Part shown: piece by piece, positions 46,673 through 56,501 of the stretch
How the letters are laid out: each line of letters begins with the position of its first letter
How positions within the stretch are numbered: the first letter of the stretch is position 1
Origin: an uncultured Planctomycetota bacterium
GTDB taxonomy: Bacteria > Planctomycetota > Phycisphaerae > Tepidisphaerales > Tepidisphaeraceae
Direction of reading: 5' to 3'
DNA length: 64,000 bases
Assembly (NCBI GenBank): GCA_963841915.1
Contig: CAWJEN010000005.1
Coordinates: 1,250,717-1,314,716 of the forward strand
Position numbers and translations under genes: made by a program
The notes under the pieces: generated by a model
Seen by the model: only the letters and a program-made list of their open reading frames with translations
Told to the model about the DNA's origin: nothing
Database searches by the model: none

Positions 46673-48757
46673 TCAAGCGACGGTCACGCCGCCGACGCTG
46701 CCGGGTTGGCTGTTGATCGCTGCCGACGGTTCGTCGACGCTGTCACCGACGGCATTGACTTCACGCTCGGCCTCGCGTTGCGGGTCGACCGTGACCTCCT
46801 CAGCGGCAGGCATGGCCAGGGCGATGATCGTCTGGCCGGCTTTGGGTGAGGACTTGATGTCTCCTGCGACCACGTTGAGCGCGCCTCCGTCACCGCTGAC
46901 GAAGAGCAGGACGGCCGGGCTGACGTCGTCGTCGTGCAACTGACGCCACTCGGCGAAGCCAAATTCCTTTGTCAGCTTCGTCCGCCGAACGATGGCACCA
47001 CCTGCGATGAGGTCTTCGAGCCGGTCGTACGTCGGCCCACCTTCAAACGCCGGCCTGCCGCGGACGTCGCCGGTGACGTCGCTCCGCTTGTCGCCGGCTT
47101 CGCCCTTGCTGTTGGCCTTTTGCTTGCGGCGTTCGCTTTCGGGCGAGAGCTGGAAGACGTTGCTGCGTCCGAAGTGGCGGCCGTACTGCAGACAGGCGAG
47201 GCTGTTGACCTCGTTGTTGGGTGTCAGCGACAGCAGCCGGCCGATGCCGGTGAGCTCGATGGCTTCGTGAACCTGCGGGCTCAGCACGTTGGCGACAAGC
47301 GTCGGCAGGCCGTCGAGCCGCGCCCGCTGAATGTTGTTGTAGTTGAGGTCGACGAGCAGCACCTCGACCTTGGCTTCCTTGAGCGCGTGGCCGACCTGGC
47401 GTGCCAGTGGACCGGCACCGGCGATGAGGAAGCCTGCGTTGTCGGGATTGGCAAGATTAAGTCGTCGCGCGACCCACACGCTCGTCAGGCCATAGACGGC
47501 CACGGTGACGACAATGGTCAGGAAGATGTAGGGCGTCAGCAGTTCTGCGCCGACGACGCCCTGGGCTTCGAGCGAGATGCCGAAGACGCTGGCGATGGCT
47601 GCGGCGACGATGCCGCGCGGGGCCATCCATGCCAGGAACAACTTGTCCTGCAGACTCGCCTTGCCGCCCAGGATGCCGAGCGTGCTGGCAAAAACGGCCA
47701 GCGGCCGAATGAGGAAGATCAGCACCGCCAGGAACAGACCCGCGCGCCACCAGTTGATCGTCGCCAGGTCTTCAAGCCGCAGCCGGGCGGACAAGGCGAT
47801 GAACAGCAGCGCGATCATGAGGACGACGAGCGTCTCCTTGAACTCGAGGATGTGCGAGACGCGAACACGCTTCTGGTTGGCCAGGGCGATGCCCATGACG
47901 GTGGTCGCGAACAAGCCGGCTTCGGGGGCGAAGAAGTTGCTCAGCGTGAAGGCACCGGCCGCCAGGGCGAGCGCGAGCGGGATCTGCAGGTGATCCGGCA
48001 CGGCCTGTCGCCGCATCATGAAGACGAGTAACCCCGCTGCCGCCAGACCGATGGCGGTGCCGCAGACGCTGGCCATGGCCGCGCCGTAGGCGAAGCTCCA
48101 GAACGTGCTGGCTTCGCCGACGCGGGCACCGGCGAGCAGCGCCTCGAAGACCAGCACCGCCAGCAACGCGCCGATCGGGTCGATGACGATGCCCTCCCAC
48201 TTGAGCACCTTGCCGACGCTGCCGGTCGGTCGCACGAAGCGCAGTAACGGCCCGATGACCGTCGGCCCGGTCACGACAAGAATAGCACCCAGCAACGTCG
48301 CAATGCCCCACGGCAGGTCGAGGATGAACCCGGCGGCAAGCGACGCCAGGATCCACGTCACAAATGCGCCGACGGTAACGAGACTCAACACAGCCGGTCT
48401 GACGCCGCGGATCTCGCTGAACGTGAGCGACAAACCGCCTTCGAACAGGATCAGGCCCACCGCAAGGCTGACGAGGGTGAGCAGGACGTCCGTCTCGAAG
48501 ACGCCGTCGATGTCGAGGAATCTGGGCGATTCGAGTGCGAGCACATCGCTTGTGAACCAGAAGGCGATAGGCCCGGCGACGAAGCCGAAGGCGAGCAGGA
48601 GCAGAATCGACGGCACCTTGAGCCGCCAGGCGAGCCACTGGGCAAAAACGCCCAGGACAACCACGGCTGTGACGGCGATGGCTTCCGGAGAGACGCCACC
48701 TTCCGCGGCAGCGAGAGGTGCAGCGTTGAACAGCGAAAGCATGAAGTCGGCCGGCAC
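46673..48757 (-). CDS. Cation:proton antiporter (NhaP/CPA1) with C-terminal RCK/TrkA-N domain
   Basis: LFEGGL, VTGPTVIGP, KWEGIVIDPIG, APRGIVAA, IAGAG. Confidence 0.9.
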   Translation of the reverse strand: MPADFMLSLFNAAPLAAAEGGVSPEAIAVTAVVVLGVFAQWLAWRLKVPSILLLLAFGFVAGPIAFWFTSDVLALESPRFLDIDGVFETDVLLTLVSLAVGLILFEGGLSLTFSEIRGVRPAVLSLVTVGAFVTWILASLAAGFILDLPWGIATLLGAILVVTGPTVIGPLLRFVRPTGSVGKVLKWEGIVIDPIGALLAVLVFEALLAGARVGEASTFWSFAYGAAMASVCGTAIGLAAAGLLVFMMRRQAVPDHLQIPLALALAAGAFTLSNFFAPEAGLFATTVMGIALANQKRVRVSHILEFKETLVVLMIALLFIALSARLRLEDLATINWWRAGLFLAVLIFLIRPLAVFASTLGILGGKASLQDKLFLAWMAPRGIVAAAIASVFGISLEAQGVVGAELLTPYIFLTIVVTVAVYGLTSVWVARRLNLANPDNAGFLIAGAGPLARQVGHALKEAKVEVLLVDLNYNNIQRARLDGLPTLVANVLSPQVHEAIELTGIGRLLSLTPNNEVNSLACLQYGRHFGRSNVFQLSPESERRKQKANSKGEAGDKRSDVTGDVRGRPAFEGGPTYDRLEDLIAGGAIVRRTKLTKEFGFAEWRQLHDDDVSPAVLLFVSGDGGALNVVAGDIKSSPKAGQTIIALAMPAAEEVTVDPQREAEREVNAVGDSVDEPSAAINSQPGSVGGVTVA

Positions 48758-48814
48758 GGCGGCAGCTTACCCGCGTCGACTGCCCGTCGCGACCCGGCCG
48801 GGCTGCGGTCGGCT

Positions 48815-49612
48815 TCACGCAGAATTAACACGCTCGTAGCGATAGACCGCCCGATAGATGGCCTCGACCTGATCGGCTTCGACCACGGTTGGCGGGTGAC
48901 GCTGATTCCGCGGCTGCAGGCGGACGGTCGCCGAGCCGTCGGCGGCTTCTTCGAAAAAGACGCGCTTGAACGTCGATTCCCCGTCGGCCAGGCGGACGAA
49001 GCAGTCGTCGCCCGTCGTCGGCTCGGCGGCGGGGCTGAAGATGACGATGTCCCCCTCGGCGTACGGGGGCGTCATCGAATCGCCGTAGACGCGGCAGGCA
49101 AAGGCGTCGGGGTCGTGCACCTCCGGGCTGCTTACGTACGCGTCGGCCGCGGCGGCGGGGTAGCCGAGGTCGGTGAACTCCGTCGGGTACCCGCAGGAGA
49201 CTTTGTTGATCACGGGTACAGCATGCACGCGGACAGGCTCGACGTTGGCGGCAGTCGATTCGACAAGGCGTTGCAGCGCGCCACTGCCGAGGGCGCGGTC
49301 GAGATCGAGTCCGCCGGACGTGCCGGTGGCCCGGCGGGCGAGTTCGAGGAGCATGTGTCGAACGTCGGTGGGCGTGCGGGCGAGGTGGGCCCGGCTGACG
49401 AGTTCACCCCCGGTAAGGTCGAGGGCCTTTTCGATGCGTCGCAGCTTGTCGTCGCTGGGCGGGTTGCCGACGTTGCCGGTTTCGATGAGCGAGAGATAAG
49501 GCTTACTGACGCCGGTCGCCGCGGCGAGGGCGTCGAGGGTGAGCCGCTTGGCCTTGCGCTGCTGCCGCATGTAGGGGCCGAGTGAGCTGGGCTGGTCGGA
49601 CGTCTCGGGCAC
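48815..49612 (-). CDS. XRE-HTH plus S24 peptidase (LexA/cI-like) repressor
   Basis: LTLDALAAATGVSKPYLSLIETG; VSCG; VYGDSM; TFKR; GTG 49612 chosen from an upstream TAAGCT. Confidence 0.85.
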   Translation of the reverse strand: MPETSDQPSSLGPYMRQQRKAKRLTLDALAAATGVSKPYLSLIETGNVGNPPSDDKLRRIEKALDLTGGELVSRAHLARTPTDVRHMLLELARRATGTSGGLDLDRALGSGALQRLVESTAANVEPVRVHAVPVINKVSCGYPTEFTDLGYPAAAADAYVSSPEVHDPDAFACRVYGDSMTPPYAEGDIVIFSPAAEPTTGDDCFVRLADGESTFKRVFFEEAADGSATVRLQPRNQRHPPTVVEADQVEAIYRAVYRYERVNSA

Positions 49613-49727
49613 GCGAACAAGCTTATGTCGCTGCTGAAGCGGGTGTTGCTTCACGAGCTCGGGGCTATTTCGGGTCGGCAGGCATTGGCGGTTGCGAAAA
49701 CAGGGGTGGCGCGCTTACAACGCGCTC

Positions 49728-50623
49728 ATGGCGAGTGTCGTAGTCGAGCAACCCTGGACGGTGAAGCGTCTGCTGCAGTCGACGGCGGAGTTTCTAGACA
49801 AGAAGGGCGTCGACTCGCCTCGCGTTTGTGCGGAGATGGTGCTGGGCCACGTGCTGGATCTGCCGCGGATCAAGCTGTACACGAATTTTGACCAGGTTCC
49901 GACGGACGACGAGCGGGCCAAGCTCCGCGATTTCGTCAAGCGGGCCGGCGCGCACGAGCCGGTGCAGTATCTGACAGGGCGGGCCGGGCTTCTTCAGCCT
50001 GGATCTTGAGGTGACGAAGCGACGTCCTCGTGCCGCGGCCGGATACGGAGACGCTGGTCGATGCCGTTGTGCGCCGCGTGAAGCTCGACGGCCGGGCCAG
50101 TGAGCCGTTGCGGATTCTCGACGTTTGCACGGGCAGCGGGGCGATCGCGGTCGCGTTGGCGAGCGTGCTGACCAAGGCGCAGATTGTCGCGAGCGACATC
50201 AGCGAAGGGGCGATGGCGGTCGCGAGGCGGAACGTCGAGCAGCTGAAGCTTGGCGAGCGGGTTGAGTGCCGCGTGGGCGACTTGTTCGCCGCGGCGGCGG
50301 GTGAGATGTTCGACATCGTGACTGCTAATCCGCCCTACATCCCAAGCGGCGACTTGCCGAAGCTCGACAGCAACGTCCGCGACTATGAGCCGCACTTGGC
50401 CCTGGACGGCGGGGCCGATGGGCTCGATCTGCACCGCCGGATCCTCGACGAAGCACCTGCCGTGCTGAGCGAAGACGGGCGGTTGTACGCCGAGATGCAG
50501 TTCGATCAGGCCGAGTCGCTGCGTGAGCTGGCGGCGGCGGCGGGATGGCGAGACGTGGAGGTGGCCGTCGATCTGGAGGGTCGCGATCGTGTGCTAACGG
50601 CCTTGCGACCTTCGACGCCGTGA
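49728..50623 (+). CDS. prmC: Release factor glutamine methyltransferase; two +1 frameshifts near 49987 and 50017 (likely indel errors)
   Basis: HEPVQYLTG | FFSLDLEVT | DVLVPRPDTETLV, LDVCTGSGAI, ANPPYI, YEPHLALDGG. Confidence 0.85.
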
Positions 50624-50640
50624 CGACGTATGGTCGTCGT

Positions 50641-52047
50641 ATGCCCGCTGCGATGACCATCACGGAGAAGATTCTCGCCAAGCACGCACAGCGTCGTCAC
50701 ATTCGGCCTGGCGAAAGCGTCTGGGTCGACGTCGACGTCCTCATGACTCACGACGTCTGCGGCCCGGGAACGGTCGGCATCTTCCAGGAAGAGTTCGGCA
50801 AAGACGCCAAAGTCTGGGACCCGGATCGCGTCGTCATCGTGCCTGACCACTACATCTTCACCGCCGATCTCAAGAGCTACCGCAATGTGCAGTTGCTTCG
50901 CAAGTTTGTGAAGGAGCAGGGGCTCAAGTACTACTACGACCCCGACTTCATCGAGAAGGAGGGCATGCCCTCGCCGTACCTGGACCCGACGAAGACGAGC
51001 TACAAGGGCGTCTGCCACAAAGCGCTGCCCGAAGAAGGTCACGTGCGGCCGGGTGAGATTCTGCTCGGCACGGATAGTCACACCTGCACCGCCGGCGCGT
51101 TTGGGCAATTTGCGACCGGTGTCGGCAACACGGACGCGGCCTTTGTACTCGGTACGGGCAAAACCTGGCTCAAGGTGCCGCCGACGATGCGGTTCAACTT
51201 CGACGGCGAAATCCCGGCGTACCTGACGGCCAAGGACCTGATTCTGGCCGTCATCGGTGAGATCGGCGTCGACGGGGCGACTTACCGCTCCATGTACTTC
51301 GCAGGTGACGGCATCGCGTCGCTCACGCTCGAAGACCGCATGACGCTGACCAACATGGCCATCGAGGCCGGTGGCAAGAACGGCGTCTGCGACGTCGACG
51401 ACAAAACGCTCGACTACGTCAAAGCCCGCAGCAATCGCCCGGAATGGGACGTCGTGACCGAGGACGACGGGGCCGAGTACTTCAGCGAGCACGCCTGGAA
51501 CCTCAACGTGATGGAGCCGATGGTCGCCAAGCCCCACTCGCCGGACAACAAGGACCTGGCCCGCAATTGCAGCGATGTCAAGCTCGACCGGGCCTACCTC
51601 GGCTCGTGCACGGGTGGCAAGATCACGGACATGATCTTCGCGGCCAACATTTTGGTTGGCCACGAGGTCAAGATCCCGACGTACGTCGTGCCGGGTTCGA
51701 CCGAAGTGCACGCCGACATGCAGCGGCTGAACATTCGCGGTGTCGAGAAGGACCTTAACGAGAAGAGCATCGAAGACGTGCTCGCCGACGCCGGCTGCCT
51801 CATCGGACCTTCGGGTTGCTCGGCCTGCCTCGGCGGCCCGAGCGACACGTTCGGCCGACTCAACGAGCCGCTGACGTGCATCAGCTCGACCAACCGCAAT
51901 TTCCCCGGCCGCATGGGCGACAAAAACGCCGGCGTCTACCTCGCCAGCCCGCTCACCGTCGCCGCCAGCGCTCTTACCGGCCGCGTGACCGACCCACGGG
52001 ACTACGTCAGCGAAAAGATCGAGACCGGCACCGCCGGCGTCATCTGA
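50641..52047 (+). CDS. leuC: 3-isopropylmalate dehydratase large subunit (homoaconitase-like LeuC type)
   Basis: MTITEKILA, PDHY, GTDSHTCTAGA, GSCTGG, CSACLGG, STNRNFPGRMG, YLASP. Confidence 0.9.
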   Translation: MPAAMTITEKILAKHAQRRHIRPGESVWVDVDVLMTHDVCGPGTVGIFQEEFGKDAKVWDPDRVVIVPDHYIFTADLKSYRNVQLLRKFVKEQGLKYYYDPDFIEKEGMPSPYLDPTKTSYKGVCHKALPEEGHVRPGEILLGTDSHTCTAGAFGQFATGVGNTDAAFVLGTGKTWLKVPPTMRFNFDGEIPAYLTAKDLILAVIGEIGVDGATYRSMYFAGDGIASLTLEDRMTLTNMAIEAGGKNGVCDVDDKTLDYVKARSNRPEWDVVTEDDGAEYFSEHAWNLNVMEPMVAKPHSPDNKDLARNCSDVKLDRAYLGSCTGGKITDMIFAANILVGHEVKIPTYVVPGSTEVHADMQRLNIRGVEKDLNEKSIEDVLADAGCLIGPSGCSACLGGPSDTFGRLNEPLTCISSTNRNFPGRMGDKNAGVYLASPLTVAASALTGRVTDPRDYVSEKIETGTAGVI

Positions 52048-52065
52048 TCTGCAATTGGCGTTTCT

Positions 52066-53997
52066 TCAAACTGTCGCCACATCCAGCGATCCACGGCGGC
52101 GTAGGGCACCTGCGCCCAAGTGGCTTAGCGCCAAGTCGTGGGCCTCGTCGTACTTGGCTGCCAGCACCGACCAGTCGAACTGGCCGGCCATCTTCTCGAC
52201 GCGGTTCCGCAGGTCGATCCGCTGACGACGCGTCAGCCGCGTGAAGCCGTGCAGGTAACTGGCAAGCTGTTCGACGCTGGTGTCGAACCCCTCACGGGCG
52301 CGGTCCAGCACGAGCATGCCCGGCGTGTGCGGGATGTACGACGGGATATTCTGCTCGATGCCGTCCTGGTCCCGCACATAGCTGCCGAATCCGGCGAGGT
52401 CCGTCGTCACGCTCGGCAACCCGCTGGCCATCGCCTCCATCGGTGTGTAGCCCCACGGCTCGTAATAGCTCGGGAAGATGCCCGCGTGACACCCACGGAC
52501 GAACTGGCTGTAGTCGAGGCTGATGAGCGGGCTCGTCGCCGCCACGAATTGCGGGTGAAACACAACTTTCACCGGATCTTCGGGCTTGTTGATGAGGTCG
52601 CGATGCCGCAGGTGCGCCAGCACCGGGTCGCCCGCGTCATCAATCAGGTCGTGCGTGACGACGCTTGGGAACCTTCGTACGCGAGCGGCGTTGATCGCGC
52701 GTTTGAGCTTGATCTCTGCCTCTTCATCGATGAGGTCGCCGCGTCGGAACATTTGTCCGCGAGAGGCCGAGTCGAACAGCCGCCTGCCGATCTGTTCCTT
52801 GAGCTCGTCACACGTCCGACGCAGCTCGTCGAGCTGCGCCTGGTTGGCCAGTGTCTCGACGTTGACGCTGCGGACCGGTGCCTTGGTCACGATGAACGCG
52901 ACGACGGTGGGCACGTCTTCGCCGTCGACGTCGCGTGCCCAGGTCAGCTTTTGATTCAGGCGGTAAAGCGACTCGATGAAGAGGTCGAGCCCCTTGTTCT
53001 TGTACTCGTAGCGGCCGCTCGTAAAGAGGTAGAGCGTCTTGTCGAGGTCGAACGGCTGCGACGGGAAGAAGTGGCCGCGGACGAAGTTGTGGATCTCCTG
53101 CTTGTACTGGTCGTGCAAGTGGTGGAACTCGTGCGGCGCCTCGAAGTCCTCGAGATCGAGGCCGTTAGGCAGGATCACATCGGGGTCGCGGCCGAGGAGG
53201 TGTTCGGCCTCGCGACGCGTGACGTTGCTGACGGTAGTAAAAACGGTCGCCGAGTGCGCTGCCGCCTTTTCGATGCGGTGCCGCGGGCCGATCGCGTACT
53301 TGTCGGCCTCCTTGTCAGCGTCGTAGAACGGCAGGTGGTCATAAAATTTCGCGTCGTCACCCGCGAGGTATCGACCCAGCAGCGTCGCGTGCGTTGTGAA
53401 GACCGTCTGCATCGGTATCTGCCGATGGGCGATGCGAGGCAGGGCGACGGCTGCCATCCATTCGTGGAAGTGGCCCAGCACCGGCCGCTTGATCGTGCCG
53501 GCCACCTCGCTGACGGCGGCGAAGAAGTCGGCACACGCAAAGCCGAAGGCGACGACTTCGTTCACCTCACCGTCGCCGGCCTCGGTGGTGATGCCGTGGT
53601 CGTTGAACAGCAGGTACTTGTCTTCGTGAAGCCGGCCGAAGCGGGCACGGTGGTCCAGGAGGATGACACGCGGCCGCCCGGGGATGAGCCAGCGGCCGTG
53701 GTGAGCCTTGACACCGTGTCGGGCGGCGACGTCCATGATGTCGCGGAAAATGCCGTCCGGTGGCTGCTCGTCAAACTCGGTCGCCGCGGTGGCCGGGTTG
53801 TACGGGCCGACCAGGGCGTAACGCTGGCCCCATCGTTGAAACATGGCCTGCGCCTTGGTACGCAGCACGGTGTAGATGCCACCAAGTTGCCAGCAGACTT
53901 CCCAACCGACCTCGAAGAAGAGCGCCTCCCGCGCCGCCGCATCGGCTAGCGGGCCGGCCGTGCCGGTCGAAACGTTTCTTCCATTGGCGTGCGGCAT
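52066..53997 (-). CDS. GT3 (eukaryote-type) glycogen synthase
   Basis: FEVGWEVCWQLGGIYTV, HFHEWM, FTTHATLLGR, SGRYEYKNKG, FPSYYEPWGYTP. Confidence 0.9.
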   Translation of the reverse strand: MPHANGRNVSTGTAGPLADAAAREALFFEVGWEVCWQLGGIYTVLRTKAQAMFQRWGQRYALVGPYNPATAATEFDEQPPDGIFRDIMDVAARHGVKAHHGRWLIPGRPRVILLDHRARFGRLHEDKYLLFNDHGITTEAGDGEVNEVVAFGFACADFFAAVSEVAGTIKRPVLGHFHEWMAAVALPRIAHRQIPMQTVFTTHATLLGRYLAGDDAKFYDHLPFYDADKEADKYAIGPRHRIEKAAAHSATVFTTVSNVTRREAEHLLGRDPDVILPNGLDLEDFEAPHEFHHLHDQYKQEIHNFVRGHFFPSQPFDLDKTLYLFTSGRYEYKNKGLDLFIESLYRLNQKLTWARDVDGEDVPTVVAFIVTKAPVRSVNVETLANQAQLDELRRTCDELKEQIGRRLFDSASRGQMFRRGDLIDEEAEIKLKRAINAARVRRFPSVVTHDLIDDAGDPVLAHLRHRDLINKPEDPVKVVFHPQFVAATSPLISLDYSQFVRGCHAGIFPSYYEPWGYTPMEAMASGLPSVTTDLAGFGSYVRDQDGIEQNIPSYIPHTPGMLVLDRAREGFDTSVEQLASYLHGFTRLTRRQRIDLRNRVEKMAGQFDWSVLAAKYDEAHDLALSHLGAGALRRRGSLDVATV

Positions 53998-54050
53998 GGC
54001 GGGAGCATATCGGCTGCAGAAGCCGTTTCGACCGAACCCGACAATGCGGC

Positions 54051-54080
54051 TTGATTGACCCGCACAAAGGGGTCTACACT
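54051..54080 (+). promoter_or_regulatory. Putative tRNA promoter
   Basis: TTGATT-18 nt-TACACT upstream of the tRNA. Confidence 0.5.
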
Positions 54081-54112
54081 GCCGGCCCGCTGGTGAAAGT
54101 CAGCGGGCCGTT

Positions 54113-54200
54113 GCCCAGGTGGCGGAATTGGCAGACGCGCTACCTTGAGGTGGTAGTGTCCAAACAAACGGACGTGCTGGTTCGAATCCAGTTCTGGGTA
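54113..54200 (+). tRNA. tRNA-Leu(GAG), CCA not encoded
   Basis: GCCCAGG acceptor stem, TGGCGGAATTGGCAGACGC D-arm, CTACC-TTGAGGT-GGTAG anticodon arm, long variable arm, GGTTCGAATCC. Confidence 0.95.
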
Positions 54201-54203
54201 CTG

Positions 54204-54235
54204 AAAAGGCCGCCTTCACGGGCGGCTTTTTCTTT
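54204..54235. terminator. Bidirectional Rho-independent terminator (tRNA / sufT)
   Basis: AAAAGGCCGCC-TTCACG-GGCGGCTTTTT. Confidence 0.8.
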
Positions 54236-54243
54236 GGCGTCGT

Positions 54244-54705
54244 TTACATCAGGCCCAACTCCAGCAACGCCACCTCGCTCATCTTGCTCTTGTCCCAACG
54301 CGGCGACCAGACCAGGTCGACCTTGCACGACGCCACGCCGTCCACCGGCTCGACCGCCCGCTGCACCATGCCCGGCATCTCGCCAGCCACCGGGCAAGCC
54401 GGGGCGGTGAGTGTCATGTCGATGGCGATCTGCTCGCCACCTTCGACCGTCGTCAGGTCAATCTTGTAGATCAGCCCCAGGTCGAACAGATTCACCGGCA
54501 GTTCCGGGTCATAGACCGTCCGCAGCGCCTCGATGACGCGCTCCTTGATGATCCGCTGATGGTCGTTCAGCGACCCGTCGAGCGCGCGGTCGATCGGCGT
54601 CTCGTCGTTGAGCTTCTTGACCCCTGTCTCAGCCACCGGCGGAGCCTTGCGCAGCTCCTCGACCTTGTCATTGCTCGGCAGGACGTTGAGGCTTCGCATC
54701 GGCAT
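54244..54705 (-). CDS. sufT: SufT/DUF59 Fe-S cluster assembly factor
   Basis: VYDPELPVNLFDLGLIY, MTLTAPACPVA, VWSPRW. Confidence 0.9.
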   Translation of the reverse strand: MPMRSLNVLPSNDKVEELRKAPPVAETGVKKLNDETPIDRALDGSLNDHQRIIKERVIEALRTVYDPELPVNLFDLGLIYKIDLTTVEGGEQIAIDMTLTAPACPVAGEMPGMVQRAVEPVDGVASCKVDLVWSPRWDKSKMSEVALLELGLM

Positions 54706-54713
54706 GGTGCACG

Positions 54714-56468
54714 TTACGCAGCCTTGGCGTTGGCCCGGGCCAGACTCATGATGCGATTGAGCATCGCCTCGACGCCGCTGCGACGTTGGACGCTGATGAG
54801 GTTCTGGAAATCGAGCTTGCGGAGCAACGCCTCGACGTCGAACCCTGCGATGGCGGCAGCGCTTTGACCGCTGAAGACATGTTGCAGCACGCCGATGAGC
54901 CCGCGGACGAGCTCCGCATCACTGTCGGCAAGGAGATCGAGCGCGTCCTCGGTCCCGGGCCGTCGGCGGGCGGTGAGCCAGACCTGACTCATGCACCCTT
55001 TGACGTGGGTCGCCTCGTTCTTGTCGCTGTCGCGCATCGGCAGCAGCTTGCGGCCGAGCTCCAGGATGAAGTCCCGCGGATCTTCTCCGGCCTCCTTGAG
55101 GAAGTTCATGTCTTCGATCAACGCCGCCGCCGCTTCGTCGGGCGTGGGTGCTTGCGGCTCCGGCCAAGCAATTTCAGCGTCTTGGTCTGCTGCGACGCTT
55201 CGCTTCCCGGTGTGTTGCTTCGTCTCGGCGACGATGTCGATCAGCCCCTGCGCGAGTCGATCAACTTCGGCCGTCGTGTTGTAAAAGGCGAAGCTCGCCC
55301 GGGTCGTGCCGGGAATGCCGAAGGCCTCCATGAGCGGCTGCGCGCAGTGGTGGCCGGTACGGACGGCAATACCGCGGGCGTCGAGTTTCGTGCCGATATC
55401 GAGCGAAGAGATCGGGGGGTTCTCGAGCACGAAACTGACCACCGCCGCCCGACCCTCGGTGTCGCCGATGATGCGAAGACCCGGCACCTTCCGCAGTGCG
55501 GACGTGGCGTGTGCGAGTAGCACGTCTTCCTGCTGTCGGATGGCGTCGAAGCCGACCGACTGCACGTAGTCAACCGCAGCCCCGAGGCCGATGACGCCGG
55601 CGATGTCTGGCGTACCGGCCTCGAACTTGGCGGGAATGGGCGCGTAGGTGGTGCCGGTCCAGGCGACGTTGTCGATCATGTCACCGCCGCCGTGGTAAGG
55701 CGGCATCGCGTCGAGCAACGCTCGGCGGCCCCACAGCACGCCCACACCCATCGGGCCCAGCAGCTTGTGCCCGCTGAAGCAGTAGAAGTCGCAGCCGAGC
55801 GCCTGCACGTCGGTCGCAAAGTGCCCGACCGCCTGAGCGCCGTCGACGAGGACGACAGCTCCGACCGCTTTGGCGGCGTCGATGATGCTCACCAGGTCGT
55901 GAACGACGCCGAGCGCGTTGCTGACGTGCTGGATGGCCACCATCCTGGTCTTCGCTGTGACGAATTCGCTCAGCTTCGACAGGTCGAGCGAACCGTCGTC
56001 GTCCATCGGCAGCGTCTTGACGACGGCCCCGGTCGCCTCGGCGGCGAGCTGCCAGGGGACGATGTTGCTGTGGTGCTCGAGGGCCGACAGCAAGATCTCG
56101 TCGCCCGCTTGAAGCTGCGAGCGGCCCCATGCAAACGCGACGAGGTTGATGGCCTCTGTCACACCGCGGACAAAGACGCACTCTGCCGGTTCAGGGGCAT
56201 TGATGAAGTGAGCGACCTTCAGCCGGGCATCGTCAAACGCCTTCGTCGCCCGCTGCGACAGCGAGTAGACGCCACGGTGAATGTTGGCGTTGTCGTGCTC
56301 GTAGTAATGCGTGATGGCGTCGATGACGCATTGTGGCTTCTGCGTCGTCGCCGCATTGTCGAGGTAGACGAGCGGCTGACCGTTCATCTCGGTCGAGAGA
56401 ATCGGGAAGTCGCGTCGAACAGCCTCGACATCAAGCATCGCCCCAGGAGCATCGGCAGAAACAGGCAC
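54714..56468 (-). CDS. sufS: SufS cysteine desulfurase with fused C-terminal SufE domain
   Basis: YLDNAATTQKP, EHHSNIVPW, FSGHK, RTGHHCAQP; then LELGRKL..VKGCMSQVW..ADSDAELVRGL..SVQRRSG. Confidence 0.9.
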   Translation of the reverse strand: MPVSADAPGAMLDVEAVRRDFPILSTEMNGQPLVYLDNAATTQKPQCVIDAITHYYEHDNANIHRGVYSLSQRATKAFDDARLKVAHFINAPEPAECVFVRGVTEAINLVAFAWGRSQLQAGDEILLSALEHHSNIVPWQLAAEATGAVVKTLPMDDDGSLDLSKLSEFVTAKTRMVAIQHVSNALGVVHDLVSIIDAAKAVGAVVLVDGAQAVGHFATDVQALGCDFYCFSGHKLLGPMGVGVLWGRRALLDAMPPYHGGGDMIDNVAWTGTTYAPIPAKFEAGTPDIAGVIGLGAAVDYVQSVGFDAIRQQEDVLLAHATSALRKVPGLRIIGDTEGRAAVVSFVLENPPISSLDIGTKLDARGIAVRTGHHCAQPLMEAFGIPGTTRASFAFYNTTAEVDRLAQGLIDIVAETKQHTGKRSVAADQDAEIAWPEPQAPTPDEAAAALIEDMNFLKEAGEDPRDFILELGRKLLPMRDSDKNEATHVKGCMSQVWLTARRRPGTEDALDLLADSDAELVRGLIGVLQHVFSGQSAAAIAGFDVEALLRKLDFQNLISVQRRSGVEAMLNRIMSLARANAKAA

Positions 56469-56501
56469 ATGGCACGCTAGTGCTGTGGTTAGTCTCCACC
56501 C

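Noticed and set aside
49975..50030. Programmed frameshift or pseudogenisation of prmC
   Set aside because: Conserved residues run through three successive frames. Removing one G (GGGC) and one A (ACGAAGC) restores the gene, which is typical of long-read homopolymer insertions. No slippery site is evident. Read-level check needed.
54113..54240. tRNA-anchored integrative element
   Set aside because: No integrase and no duplicated tRNA 3' end were seen; the tRNA is followed directly by a terminator and core suf genes.
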